NCBI GenBank assembly: GCA_965199205.1
Contig: OZ240688.1
Span: 68,276-132,275 of the forward strand
Origin: Acidisarcina sp.
GTDB lineage: Bacteria; Acidobacteriota; Terriglobia; Terriglobales; Acidobacteriaceae
Reading direction: 5' to 3'
DNA: 64,000 nt
Part shown: one piece after another, positions 46,532 to 57,012 of the stretch
How the letters are laid out: each line of letters opens with the position of its first letter
How positions within the stretch are numbered: position 1 is the stretch's first letter
Program-made: the position numbers and the translations under genes
Notes under the pieces: model-generated
Databases searched by the model: none
Seen by the model: only the letters and a program-made list of their open reading frames with translations
Told to the model about the DNA's origin: nothing

Positions 46532-46827
46532 TCATTCCTCCTTGCACCTGTTGATTGGGATTCGCTTATGAGGCCGCCAGTTGTCCTCGGCGCGGATTGG
46601 ATGGTTCCTGCGGAGAGAGCCGCCGTTCCTATAAACTGGAGAAAAGAATCGCTTGCATGTTGTCCTGGCCTTTGCGGGCGAACGATTTAGGGTATCGTCT
46701 GAGCCATCGAACTACCTGCCAGCCGAAGGCCGCCGAGAATGGGTTTGGTGGTGCTCAGAAGTGGGCGGTCCCCCAGATGCGCAACTCTTTAGACACAAAC
46801 TGATGATGGACGGAGGATGCTGCCGAG

Positions 46828-47679
46828 TTGCTTAGCCGTCGTACATTCCTGAAGACGGGCCTGAAGACCGGCGCGGTCGCGCTCGGCGGCCTGACCATCT
46901 ATGCGGGCGAGATTGAGCGACATTGGCTGGACGTTCACCAGGTGTCGATCAAGCTCGGAAACCTGCCGGAGGCATTTCGGGGATTCAGAATTGCACACCT
47001 GGCAGACTTTCACTACGGTGAGTACTCCGAGCCGACCTTCCTCCGCACGGTAGTGCGGGCGGTGAACGCCGTGCAGCCGGACCTGGTTGCGCTGACTGGG
47101 GACTTTATAAGCGCCGGGCCGCTGGTGAGGAGGATTTCGGTCGATTTCGCCTATCATTGCGCCGAACTACTGGGCAAGATCGAATGCCCGCAACGGTACG
47201 CGGTTATGGGGAACCACGATGCGATGGTGAGCAGCCCAGAGGTGACCGGGGCGCTGGCGGCACACCAGATCGCGGTTCTTCATAATCGTGCGATCCCGAT
47301 TGAAAGGAATGGGGCCCGTTTCTGGCTGGTCGGGGTGGCCGACGTGCTGATCGGCGGCCAGGCGGACTTGAACGCCGCACTTCCCCAGGCTCGGGAACGA
47401 GTAAGGGAGCCACTGATTCTGATGGCCCACGAGCCGGATTATGCCGATCAGGTGATTGGCTCCGGAGTCGACCTGATGCTCTCGGGGCATACCCACGGCG
47501 GCCAGGTGCGAATCCCGTTTATGGCGCCGGTGAGTCTGCCTCCGCTGGGCCAGAAGTATGTCGAAGGGCTGTTTTCGATTGCAGGCCTGCAGCTGTATGT
47601 GACCCGTGGGATCGGCACGGTCACCGCGCCATTCCGGTTCCGCTGCCCGCCGGAGCTGACGGTGATCACGCTCGGATAG
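46828..47679 (+). CDS. Tat-exported metallophosphoesterase (YkuE-like)
   Basis: SRRTFLK signal; LADFH, LTGDF, MGNHD, MAHEP, LSGHTHGGQ, YVTRGIG. Confidence 0.92.
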   Translation: MLSRRTFLKTGLKTGAVALGGLTIYAGEIERHWLDVHQVSIKLGNLPEAFRGFRIAHLADFHYGEYSEPTFLRTVVRAVNAVQPDLVALTGDFISAGPLVRRISVDFAYHCAELLGKIECPQRYAVMGNHDAMVSSPEVTGALAAHQIAVLHNRAIPIERNGARFWLVGVADVLIGGQADLNAALPQARERVREPLILMAHEPDYADQVIGSGVDLMLSGHTHGGQVRIPFMAPVSLPPLGQKYVEGLFSIAGLQLYVTRGIGTVTAPFRFRCPPELTVITLG

Positions 47680-47796
47680 CGGCTGCGGAAGACCGTATAC
47701 GCCTGACTGCTTTATACTTTCCAAGTAGCCAGCCTGTGGTCGCGAGACAGGGCCAACCCGCGTGCCCGCACGCTCAGTAAAGGTCGTCACCATTTC

Positions 47797-49770
47797 ATGA
47801 TCCGTTTTCTGCAAAAAGACAATCGACTCGTCAAGAGCATTTTCGTCGTCATCATCGCCGTTGCCTGCATCACTATGGTGATCACGCTGGTCCCGGGCAT
47901 ATTCAACGATTCCGCTTCCGCGGCAGACACCTATGCGACCGTCCGCCAGGGCGGCTGGATGGGCAAGTACGTAGGAACGCCGTCTGATATACCGACGGCC
48001 GATGTGCAGCAGATCGCGATGCAGATGCTGCAGAGGCAGAAGATGCCCGATTTTGTACTGCCGTACATGATGCAGCGGGTGGGACAGAGCATGATTCAGC
48101 AAGCGGTCATTCTGCAGGAAGCGAACCGTCTCGGGCTGCAGGTGACGGACGAGGGGCTCAGCCAATTTCTGCATTCCGGGATGTATGGGCAGGTTCTCTT
48201 CCCGAAAGGGCAGTACATCGGGGACGACAAGTACAAGCAGCTGATCTCGCAGCAGTTCAACATCACGACACAGAAGTTTGAGACCGAGGTCAAGAAAGAG
48301 ATTGAGGAGAACCGGCTGAAGGCGATGGTCACCGGCGGCATCACGGTTTCGAACGCCGAACTCCAGAGCTACTATGTGGACCAAAATACGAAGATTAAGT
48401 TCGATTACGCGGTGATCAATGCCAGCGACATCGAGAAGGGAATCAGTCCTTCCGATGCCGAGTTGCAGACCTTCTTTAAAGCGAACGCCGCCAAATATGC
48501 GACGGCGGTCCCCGAGGCGCGCAAGATCAGCTACATCGCCTTCAGCGAAGGCCAGGAACCTGGCGGAACGCCGCAGGTCAGCGATGCCGAGATACAGCAG
48601 TACTACACCCAGCACCAGAAGGATTACCAGGTCGACGATCAGGCGAAGGTGCGCCACATCCTCATCAAGGTCGACAACGGAGCAGACGCCAAGGCGGACG
48701 CGGCGGCGAAGGCCAAGGCCGAGGACATTCTGAAACAGATCAAGGCGGGTGGAAACTTTGCCGACCTGGCGAAGAAGAACTCCGATGACCCTGGCAGTAA
48801 AGAGCAGGGCGGCGAGTTGGGCTTCCTCAAGCGCGGAGCGACCGTGCCGGAGTTTGACCAGGCTGCGTTCTCCCTGGCTCCCGGACAGACCTCGGGCCTG
48901 GTGAAGACGAAGTTTGGATACCACATCCTGCAGGTGGAAGAGAAGCAGACCGCACATACACGTCCTTTGGATGAGGTGAAGCCGAACATCCTGGCGCTGC
49001 TTACGCGGCAGAAGGAAGGCGCGCAGGAGCAGGCCTACGCCCAGCAGCTCGCGAGCGAGGCGCAGAAGAGTGGCCTGGCGAAGACGGCCGACGCGCACCA
49101 TCTGCAGGTGGTGACGACCGACTACCTGCAACAGGGAGCGACGGTGGCCGGGCTGGCCGATGGTTCGAAGTTGCTGAGCGCGGCTTTCGCGACCAAGCCG
49201 GGCGCGGCCCCAGTGGTTGCTTCGACGGGTGAAGGATTTGCGGTGTTCCAGGTGAACGATGTCAAGGCAGCCCATGCTCCGTCATTCGACGAGTTCAAGC
49301 CGACGCTGCTTACTGACTTCCGCCAGCAGCAGCTGCCGCAATTGCTAGCGCGTAAGACCAGCGAGCTGGCAGACAAAGCCAACGCCGAACACGATCTTGC
49401 CAGGGCGGCGAAGGAGGTCGGCGCGACGGTGAAGACGAGCGACCTGGTCGGGCGCACCGGGCAGGTGCCGGACATCGGCCAGTTGGCCTCTGCGGCACCC
49501 GGTCTCTTTGACCTCAACACCGGTGAGGTGAGCAAGCCGATCAACACCGGCCGCACAGGAGTCGTGGCCAAGCTGGTCGACAAGCAGCAGCCGACCTCGG
49601 CGGAGATCACCAAGAATCTCGACCAGACCCGGGAGACGCTGCTGGGGCAGAGACGCGACGAGATGTTTGAAGTCTTCGTGACCAGCCTCGTGGACCAGTA
49701 CCAAAACCAGGGGCTGATCCGGATGAACAAGAAGACGCAATCGGCGCTCGTTCCCGGCGCTGCCAGTTAG
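47797..49770 (+). CDS. ppiD: Periplasmic chaperone/peptidyl-prolyl isomerase, PpiD-like
   Basis: N-terminal TM, SurA-like region, parvulin domain (VRHILIK, FADLAKKNSDDPGSKEQGGELG, KTKFGYHIL). Confidence 0.88.
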   Translation: MIRFLQKDNRLVKSIFVVIIAVACITMVITLVPGIFNDSASAADTYATVRQGGWMGKYVGTPSDIPTADVQQIAMQMLQRQKMPDFVLPYMMQRVGQSMIQQAVILQEANRLGLQVTDEGLSQFLHSGMYGQVLFPKGQYIGDDKYKQLISQQFNITTQKFETEVKKEIEENRLKAMVTGGITVSNAELQSYYVDQNTKIKFDYAVINASDIEKGISPSDAELQTFFKANAAKYATAVPEARKISYIAFSEGQEPGGTPQVSDAEIQQYYTQHQKDYQVDDQAKVRHILIKVDNGADAKADAAAKAKAEDILKQIKAGGNFADLAKKNSDDPGSKEQGGELGFLKRGATVPEFDQAAFSLAPGQTSGLVKTKFGYHILQVEEKQTAHTRPLDEVKPNILALLTRQKEGAQEQAYAQQLASEAQKSGLAKTADAHHLQVVTTDYLQQGATVAGLADGSKLLSAAFATKPGAAPVVASTGEGFAVFQVNDVKAAHAPSFDEFKPTLLTDFRQQQLPQLLARKTSELADKANAEHDLARAAKEVGATVKTSDLVGRTGQVPDIGQLASAAPGLFDLNTGEVSKPINTGRTGVVAKLVDKQQPTSAEITKNLDQTRETLLGQRRDEMFEVFVTSLVDQYQNQGLIRMNKKTQSALVPGAAS

Positions 49771-49813
49771 CCGAAACCGCGCATCTTACCGAGCAACGAT
49801 GAAAAGCAACCAG

Positions 49814-49853
49814 CGGCCCGCGATTGGGAGTCATTTGAATCGCGGGCCGTTTT
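49814..49853 (+). terminator. Intrinsic terminator after ppiD
   Basis: CGGCCCGCGATT-12nt-AATCGCGGGCCG followed by TTTT. Confidence 0.65.
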
Positions 49854-49879
49854 GCATTTGTTTTTGATGAAAGAAGCCC

Positions 49880-51448
49880 ATGTCCTTTGACCGTTCTTCT
49901 GGATTGCTGCTGCACGTCACTTCTCTGCCGTCGTACGGAGGCATCGGCGATTTTGGGCCGGCCGCTTACGAGTTTGCCGACTTCTTGGCGGCGGCCAAAC
50001 AGAAATACTGGCAGGTGCTGCCGCTGAGCCCTACTGGGTACGGCAATTCCCCCTATGCCGCGCTCTCGGCATTTGCCGGAAACCCTTTCCTGATCAGCCT
50101 GGAACGGCTTTGCGATTGGGGCTGGATCAGCTTTGAGCAGATCTCCAACCTGCCGGAGCGCGGCGGGAACGTGCAGTTCGACCGGGTGATTGCGGCAAAG
50201 CTGCCGCTGCTGCAAGAGGCGGCGCAGAACTTTATCGCCAACCATGCAAGCCTCGGGCCGCACGCTGTCGAGAAGTGGGCGCGCTTTGAGCAGTACTGCC
50301 TGGCCAACGCGTCGTGGCTTAACGATTGGGCTTTTTACAACGTGCTGCGGACGAAGTACAACACCGGCTCCTGGTATACATGGCCGACGGAGATCGCGCG
50401 CCGCGACCCGGCCGCAATGAGCCAGATTGCGCTTGACCACGGCCCGGCGCTGGCAATCGAGCAGGTAATCCAGTTCGCCTTTGACGAACAGTGGCGCGAG
50501 TTGCGCGAATATTGCGTGGCGCGCGACGTTCGCTTCATTGGCGATGTGGCTATTTTTGTCAGCTATGACAGCGCCGACGTATGGACACACTCTGGAGCGT
50601 TTGAACTGGATGACCAGCTGGCGCCGGTGCGCGTCTCCGGCGTGCCTCCCGATTACTTCAGCTACACCGGGCAGAGGTGGGGAAATCCTCTTTATCGATG
50701 GAACCAGATGGAAGGGCAGGGCTTCGATTGGTGGGTGGCAAGGATCAGCCGCGCCAAGATGCTTTACGACGTGATTCGCCTCGATCATTTTCGCGGCTTT
50801 GAGGCCTACTGGGCGATCCCGGCGGAAGACGAGACTGCGATTAACGGGAAATGGATCCAAGCGCCCGGAGCCGCTCTCTTTTCGTGTTTGCGCACGGCGC
50901 TGGGGGAACTGCCCTTCATTGCGGAAGACCTCGGCGTGATCACGAAGGAAGTCGATGCGCTTCGCGAGAAGTTTGGCATGCCCGGAATGCGCATCTTGCA
51001 GTTTGGTTTCGGCGATCGCGGTTCGCATAATTACCTCCCTCACCGCTACGAACCGAATACTGTCGTTTACACAGGGACGCACGACAATGACACGACCTTA
51101 GGCTGGTGGCAGCATGGCGCGAGCGAGCAGGAAAAGGCATCGGTGATGACCTATATTCATCCCGGCGGAGATGGTATCGTGTGGTCGCTCATTCGCAGTG
51201 CAGCAGGCTCGGTAGCCGATATGTGCCTCTTCCCGATGCAGGACATCCTGGAGCTTGGGAGTGAGGCGCGAATGAATACGCCCTCGCAACCGGATAACAA
51301 CTGGGCATGGCGGTATCCGGAGGGATCGCTGCGGCCGGAGTATGCGGCCAAGCTTGCCGCGCTGATGGAGATGACGGACCGGGACGGCTATGTCGACCCG
51401 AGCAAACCGCGGGACCCGGCGCTTACGGCGGAGTCGAAAGGCACTTAG
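49880..51448 (+). CDS. malQ: 4-alpha-glucanotransferase (GH77)
   Basis: RSSGLLLHVTSLP, SPYAALSAFAGNP, GVPPDYFS, RLDHFRG, IAEDLG, YTGTHDNDT. Confidence 0.96.
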   Translation: MSFDRSSGLLLHVTSLPSYGGIGDFGPAAYEFADFLAAAKQKYWQVLPLSPTGYGNSPYAALSAFAGNPFLISLERLCDWGWISFEQISNLPERGGNVQFDRVIAAKLPLLQEAAQNFIANHASLGPHAVEKWARFEQYCLANASWLNDWAFYNVLRTKYNTGSWYTWPTEIARRDPAAMSQIALDHGPALAIEQVIQFAFDEQWRELREYCVARDVRFIGDVAIFVSYDSADVWTHSGAFELDDQLAPVRVSGVPPDYFSYTGQRWGNPLYRWNQMEGQGFDWWVARISRAKMLYDVIRLDHFRGFEAYWAIPAEDETAINGKWIQAPGAALFSCLRTALGELPFIAEDLGVITKEVDALREKFGMPGMRILQFGFGDRGSHNYLPHRYEPNTVVYTGTHDNDTTLGWWQHGASEQEKASVMTYIHPGGDGIVWSLIRSAAGSVADMCLFPMQDILELGSEARMNTPSQPDNNWAWRYPEGSLRPEYAAKLAALMEMTDRDGYVDPSKPRDPALTAESKGT

Positions 51449-51526
51449 CTGGTGACGTGTCGACTCCATGGGTTCACAGCATGATTAAAGTCGAGGGGTT
51501 ACGTTTTAGTAGCCGAGACATCGGAG

Positions 51527-54500
51527 CTAACGCTCGCTGAAGAGGACCGCGACAGGGAAGCTTTCGAAGATCGCACTGAGCGGTATTGTATCGTCGCCGC
51601 TCCCCTCGATTGTGCCTCCAGTGAAGATATTGGCGAGGGTCCCCGGCTGTTCGAGCGGCAGCCGGAGAGCGGTATTTCCCCAAGCTGCTCCCACGGGGAA
51701 CTCCATCTTGCCTCGCATCAGCGAGTAAGCAAAGAGTGGAATGACGGTCAGCACGGACCGTCCGTCGTGACGACGAAGATAGGCGAGCGCGTGGTTGGCG
51801 CGGTCGCCGGTAATCTCAAGCGGAATATAGTTTCCTTTGCGAAAGATGTCGGGATGCTCGGCTCGAAGGTGGAGGGTCTTGTACGACACCCAGAGTTTGA
51901 CCCGTCCGTCGGGTAGCCTGCCGAGCGCATCCTGCGCGGCGGCGAGCGGGCCTGACGATGCTTCGACACCTTTCAGGTGCTGCAGCAGGCGAGCTCGCAG
52001 CTCATAGTCGACGGGGCGGCGATTGTCGGGGTCTACGAGGCTGAAGTCCCAGAGTTCCGTGCCCTGATAGAAGTCGGGCACTCCCGGCGAGGTCAGCTTG
52101 AGCACGGTCTGGGCGAGCGAGTTGATGGCTCCGAAGAACTGCACTTTGGGCAGGATCGCCTTGAGGGTCTGGACGAACCTGGTTTCGCGGCCGCGTCGAT
52201 CGGGCAGGAGAATTTCGCCAAGGAACGCATGCACAGCTTCGATGTATTCCGGGTTCGGGTTCAGCCAGCTGAGGTTGACCTTCGATTCGCTGAGCGCCTT
52301 CGAGGAATATTCCTGGATGCGCTTGAGGAAGTCTTCGCGCGCATCTGGAGTGGTTGCCGGTGAGGCTTGCGGGTTGGCGTCGGAGGTTGTCTCGATCCCT
52401 GACCGTTCTTCCGCCTCCCACGGCCAGACGCCGAGAATGTTCTGGTAGAGCATGTACTCTTCATTCGCATCCGGAGCCAGTCTCCCGTCATCCAGCTTGC
52501 GCTTGATTCCGGCTGCCATCTTGAGCCAGCGACGCACGACAGAGGCCCACTCTACAGGCATTTCGGAAAGAACGTTCAGGCGAGCTCTTACGTCTTCGCT
52601 ACGCTTGGTGTCGTGAGTCGACAAGGTCAGCATGGCTTCAGGCGAGTTGAGCAGGCGGTCCTGGTTGCTGCCGTGGAAGAGTTCGGGGGTGATGCCAAAG
52701 GCCTTCATCGAACCGCCGACCTCATTTGAAGAGAGAAACCGGTTGTAGACGTAGAAAGAAGTGTCTTCGACGCCTTTGGCCATTACGGGTCCGGTGAGCT
52801 GCTGGAATTTGAGTGCGAAGTACAGCTGTTCTGCGTCGATTTCACTCTGAGGATTGCCGGGACGGCCGCCCAGCAGCAACGTGGTCTGGAGAAAGTCGAA
52901 GGCCGAGGCCTCGATGCCGGAGTTCATGCGCTTGGCTCGGCTGATGGCGCGCTCGACAACCTGGCGGTCGCTCGCGGTGTACTGGCCGCGGTCATCGATG
53001 TAGGTGCGATAGACGGGGAAGCAGGCAATCGTTTCCCGGATCGCCGATTCGAGGAGATTTTCGGTGAAGTCTCTGGCCAGCCGGTCGGAGCCGGCGAGAT
53101 TCCCGAGCAGGTTGGTGAGGACATAAACTTCGCTGGCCAGAGAGGTCTGCATGACCTGAAGCTTCGACCGGTAGATGATGTCTTCAGGGCTCCTGCGGCT
53201 ATGGGTGATGCCTTCGTAAATCTTGTTGAAGCGCTGCTCATTCTCGCTTTGAATGAAGAGCTGATTGGCGAAGTAGATAAAGTCGTATCCCGAGGTGCCG
53301 CTGACGGGCCATTCCCGGGGAAGCGCCTCTCGCGGTTCGAGAATCTTTTCGACGACACAATAGAGAGGGCGTTTGCCGTTTGCCCAGTCGTAGCCGCGAA
53401 GCTGGTCGCGCACCGTGTCCTCAATGCCGTTGAGGCCGGTCGGGCTGCCGATGGCCGGCCCAGAGCATTGGCTGGCGACGTAGAGCAACTGCAGGCGAAT
53501 GAGATATTGCCGCGGGTTAAACATGCCGTCGGCATGGTCGACGCGGAGGCCAGTGAGTTGGCCTTTGCCGAGAAGATCGCGGATGAGGCAATGGGTCTCG
53601 GCGAAGACGGCGGGGTTCTCCATACGCAGGCCCGCGAGATCATTCACATCGAAAAAGCGGCGGTAATTGATCTCTTCGCCGGAGACTCGCCAGAAGGCAA
53701 GCCGGTAAGGCTGCCCCTCCAAAAGGTCGTGAAGGCGGTCGAAGCTCTTGGGTTCGCCTTTTATGCCGTTGATTGCTTCCAGGGCGCGCGTAATCAACGG
53801 TTGGATGGCCGGATCGCGAAGGGCATGGTCCAGGCGAGGACGAATTTCTGCGAGTTGGGTGCGGCGTTGCGCAACCAGTTTCGGATCGATCGCTTCATGG
53901 GGCGGAATGTGGGCGAGATCCTTCAGAAGGTCGCGAAAGTCCGGCGACACGCCCCACTCGGCGTCCTTCTCCTGCGGGAAAATGCGGGGGACAATGCGAG
54001 GCGCAACCGGCATGATGTGGTCGAAATATTTCACAAAGACGTGGCCGTCTTCGATGTGTACCTGGATGTTTTTATTTTCAAGCTCCTTGCCGTACTGCTC
54101 CCCGAGAATTGGGAGCAGCAGCTTGTTCCACATGTCCGGCTTGGGCGGGTCCCAGTTGATATCGAAAAAACCGGCATACTCGGAAGCGCGCCCATTTTGC
54201 AGGACATCCTGCCACCAGCGCGAGTCGTTGCCGATCCCCATGTGATTGGGGACAATGTCGAGCAGCAGGCCCAGACCGAAGGTTTTTAGAGCAGCAGAGA
54301 ACTTTTCAAAGCCTGCGCTGCCCCCCAACTCCGGATTGAGCCGATCATGGCGGGTTACATCGTAGCCGTGCATGCTGCCGGGACGGGCCTCGAAAAAAGG
54401 AGACGAGTAGAAGTCGCCGATGCCAAGATCCTTGAGATAGGGCACGATCGCCTCGGCGTCAGCGAAGGTAAAATGGGCATGCAACTGGGTGCGATAGGTG

Positions 54501-54553
54501 GAAGTCGGAACGCGTGTATCGCGTTGAAGAAGCTCATCGATGCAATCATTCAT
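51527..54553 (-). CDS. treY: Malto-oligosyltrehalose synthase
   Basis: PTSTYRTQ, GSMHGYDV, DIVPNHM, INYRRFFDVN, LRVDHADG, KGVEDT, STHDTKRSEDVRAR, GVPDFYQG, VDPDNRRPVDY. Confidence 0.95.
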   Translation of the reverse strand: MNDCIDELLQRDTRVPTSTYRTQLHAHFTFADAEAIVPYLKDLGIGDFYSSPFFEARPGSMHGYDVTRHDRLNPELGGSAGFEKFSAALKTFGLGLLLDIVPNHMGIGNDSRWWQDVLQNGRASEYAGFFDINWDPPKPDMWNKLLLPILGEQYGKELENKNIQVHIEDGHVFVKYFDHIMPVAPRIVPRIFPQEKDAEWGVSPDFRDLLKDLAHIPPHEAIDPKLVAQRRTQLAEIRPRLDHALRDPAIQPLITRALEAINGIKGEPKSFDRLHDLLEGQPYRLAFWRVSGEEINYRRFFDVNDLAGLRMENPAVFAETHCLIRDLLGKGQLTGLRVDHADGMFNPRQYLIRLQLLYVASQCSGPAIGSPTGLNGIEDTVRDQLRGYDWANGKRPLYCVVEKILEPREALPREWPVSGTSGYDFIYFANQLFIQSENEQRFNKIYEGITHSRRSPEDIIYRSKLQVMQTSLASEVYVLTNLLGNLAGSDRLARDFTENLLESAIRETIACFPVYRTYIDDRGQYTASDRQVVERAISRAKRMNSGIEASAFDFLQTTLLLGGRPGNPQSEIDAEQLYFALKFQQLTGPVMAKGVEDTSFYVYNRFLSSNEVGGSMKAFGITPELFHGSNQDRLLNSPEAMLTLSTHDTKRSEDVRARLNVLSEMPVEWASVVRRWLKMAAGIKRKLDDGRLAPDANEEYMLYQNILGVWPWEAEERSGIETTSDANPQASPATTPDAREDFLKRIQEYSSKALSESKVNLSWLNPNPEYIEAVHAFLGEILLPDRRGRETRFVQTLKAILPKVQFFGAINSLAQTVLKLTSPGVPDFYQGTELWDFSLVDPDNRRPVDYELRARLLQHLKGVEASSGPLAAAQDALGRLPDGRVKLWVSYKTLHLRAEHPDIFRKGNYIPLEITGDRANHALAYLRRHDGRSVLTVIPLFAYSLMRGKMEFPVGAAWGNTALRLPLEQPGTLANIFTGGTIEGSGDDTIPLSAIFESFPVAVLFSER

Positions 54554-54737
54554 CGCTGTGGGTGCCCTGGCCTTGTCTTGGAACTAAATGTTCAGATGCA
54601 GGATGAGGAGCTGAAGAGTCAGTGAGAATGCTGCTCCCGGGCCGCCGAGCGAACCGAGGCTGGAGCACTCTCGCGTCGCTGCTTTACCAAATGCGGGCGA
54701 AGGGCTGAAAATAAGAACACTACAGAAGCGAGGATCA

Positions 54738-54956
54738 ATGTCTAACACTATTCCAGCCACACCGCCCCGCGCCACTCCTCTTTCCGGCGAAGCGATTCGA
54801 TTGATGAACTACGTCGACGATGTTTCTACCACTTTGCGCCGAGTGCTGGCGCTCGCCCCGACCCTCACCGCGGACGAGAGGAAACGGTTGAGTGAATATC
54901 TGAAGAACTCCTCTCCGAACGCAGACAGCGTGCTTGAGGCGCTAAACGCCAAGTAG
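54738..54956 (+). CDS. Small hypothetical protein (72 aa)
   Basis: SD GAGGA before ATG; helical, charged sequence; first gene of a run divergent from treY. Confidence 0.65.
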   Translation: MSNTIPATPPRATPLSGEAIRLMNYVDDVSTTLRRVLALAPTLTADERKRLSEYLKNSSPNADSVLEALNAK

Positions 54957-54995
54957 TCGTTTCCCAATGGCGGCTCGCCGGGTGGTACCGGATTT

Positions 54996-55568
54996 ATGAA
55001 GATTCAGAATGTCGCCGTTATCGGCGCCGGCAGGATGGGCCGCCTCTTCACTGCATTGCTGGCTTCGGCAGGATACGCGACGGTACTCGAAGACATCATG
55101 CCTTCGAATCTCCGTAAGGCGGCAGAGCAACTGAGCGGCTTGACAGTTCCTGGCGGTGACGAGTTCGAGATGGCTCCGGGAACGGTGCGCTTTGCGTCGA
55201 GCGTAGAGGACGCCGTGAGGACGGCAGACCTGGTCCTTGACTGCGTGCCGGATGAGCTCGAGTCGAAGCTTGAGATCTTCAGCATGCTGGATCGCATGGC
55301 GCCGCCACTGACCATCTTTGTAACACCCACTCGCAATGTGAGCATCGCCGACTTGGCTTCCTGTACCTATCGGCCCGACCGTTGCATCGCGCTCAAGTTC
55401 GGCTCTGCTGAGTTGCTTCGCGGGAAGACACTTGTCCTGGTGTCGACCAGCCTGACCTCGCCCGAAGTGCTCGCCGCGGTGGTATCTGTCTGGCAAGCGG
55501 CGGGATTTGTGATTGATCTGGAAAACGACTCGGCCGAGGCCAGCGTCAGCGCCGGAACCTTGTTCTAG
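54996..55568 (+). CDS. 3-hydroxyacyl-CoA dehydrogenase NAD-binding-domain-only protein
   Basis: VAVIGAGRMG, ADLVLDCVPDELESKLEIF; ends at 190 aa with no C-terminal dimerisation domain. Confidence 0.75.
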   Translation: MKIQNVAVIGAGRMGRLFTALLASAGYATVLEDIMPSNLRKAAEQLSGLTVPGGDEFEMAPGTVRFASSVEDAVRTADLVLDCVPDELESKLEIFSMLDRMAPPLTIFVTPTRNVSIADLASCTYRPDRCIALKFGSAELLRGKTLVLVSTSLTSPEVLAAVVSVWQAAGFVIDLENDSAEASVSAGTLF

Positions 55569-55688
55569 CAGGCTTGGCCGCCAGCGTGTCTTCGCAGGCG
55601 GAATGAACGTCATTCTGCCTGCTGGAACCAACATCATTGTCCCGGGCGGAACTAAGGTTCCAGAGAGCGCGTACTTCTTAGGGTCATC

Positions 55689-56945
55689 ATGCAGAGCCTC
55701 GGCGACACCTTTTCGCAGGTTTTTCGCGCCATCTGGGCAACCAAGTTGCGCTCGTTCCTGACGATGTTCGGGATCGCGTGGGGCGTGGGATCGATGCTCC
55801 TGCTGATCAGCGTCGGGGAGGGCTTTCGATCGGGACAGCATCGGGAACTGGCGAGCGTCGGAAATGACGTGATCATGATGTGGGGCGGAACGATACCAGC
55901 AGTCCCCAGCCAGCACACCGGCATGCGGCCGTATCACCTGACGATCGGCGATGAGACAGCGATGCGCACTTCCGGGCGATTTCGCGAGGTAATGGGGTTG
56001 ATTCGCCGCAACGACATCAAGCAGCAGAGCGAGTATCAAAGTGCCGGCGGGGCGATCCTCGGCACCGAGCCGAATTATCCCGTAGTCCGCTTTCTGCCGC
56101 TTGCTGCCGGGCGCTTTTTGAGCGACGGCGATCTGCGCGACCGGCGCAGGGTGGTGGTGCTTGGCCAGAAGAGTGCGGTGCTGCTCTTTCCGGGCAGGCC
56201 GGCGGTCGGGCAAACGATCCTGCTGAATGGCGCCAGCTTCGAAGTAATTGGGGTCGCGCTGAAGTCAGGCCACGGGGACGACGACGGGCAGAACCAGCAG
56301 CTCTACATTCCGTTGACCACCATGCTCGAGATGTTTCCCATCAAAGGCGAAAACCTGCCGCTGGACGCCCTGAGCTCGATCCAGTACCAGCCGCGGGTGC
56401 GAGGCGAGAGTGAGCCGGCGAAGGCCGCGGCACATGCCATCATAGCGGCGAGGCACTCGTTCAGCTCGGATGATGCTGACTCGTTTGACGAGTGGGACAC
56501 GATCAAGAGCGATCGCATGGTGGGCAAGATCTTCACGGCGATGGACGTCTTTTTGGGAGGCGTGGGCATCGTGACGCTGGCTCTAGGCGCTGTTGGTATC
56601 GTGAATATCATGCTGGTGTCGGTCTCGGAGCGGACACGGGAGATTGGCTTGCGAAAGGCGATCGGTGCGACCAGGCGCAGCATTCTCATGCAGTTTTTTC
56701 TTGAGGGTCTACTGCTGACCGGTGTGAGCGGGTTGATCGGCATTGGTGGAGCAGCGCTGCTGATGTATCTCATCCAGGCGGCCATCGGCGGTAAAGGCGT
56801 GCAAGGTTTTGACCCTCCCCGGCTGGTGCCCTGGTCGGCGGCGCTGGCGCTGCTTTCGCTGAGCTTGAGCGGCATCTTCGCCGGCTTGTACCCGGCCAGC
56901 AAGGCGGCCGCGCTCGAGCCGGTAGAAGCGCTGCGCCGGGAATAG
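55689..56945 (+). CDS. MacB/FtsX-like ABC transporter permease
   Basis: KLRSFLTMFGIAWG, GAVGIVNIMLVSVSERTREIGLRKAIGA, YPASKAAALEPVEALR. Confidence 0.9.
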   Translation: MQSLGDTFSQVFRAIWATKLRSFLTMFGIAWGVGSMLLLISVGEGFRSGQHRELASVGNDVIMMWGGTIPAVPSQHTGMRPYHLTIGDETAMRTSGRFREVMGLIRRNDIKQQSEYQSAGGAILGTEPNYPVVRFLPLAAGRFLSDGDLRDRRRVVVLGQKSAVLLFPGRPAVGQTILLNGASFEVIGVALKSGHGDDDGQNQQLYIPLTTMLEMFPIKGENLPLDALSSIQYQPRVRGESEPAKAAAHAIIAARHSFSSDDADSFDEWDTIKSDRMVGKIFTAMDVFLGGVGIVTLALGAVGIVNIMLVSVSERTREIGLRKAIGATRRSILMQFFLEGLLLTGVSGLIGIGGAALLMYLIQAAIGGKGVQGFDPPRLVPWSAALALLSLSLSGIFAGLYPASKAAALEPVEALRRE

Positions 56946-57012
56946 TTCGAGAAAATTACCAGAATCTGCTGCGCGCCAATACTCAGCCGATGTCTCACCG
57001 AAGGGGTTCTCC

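Noticed and set aside
47167-49275. 702-aa minus-strand ORF
   Set aside because: Antisense shadow of ppiD and the phosphoesterase in GC-rich DNA; no recognisable motifs.
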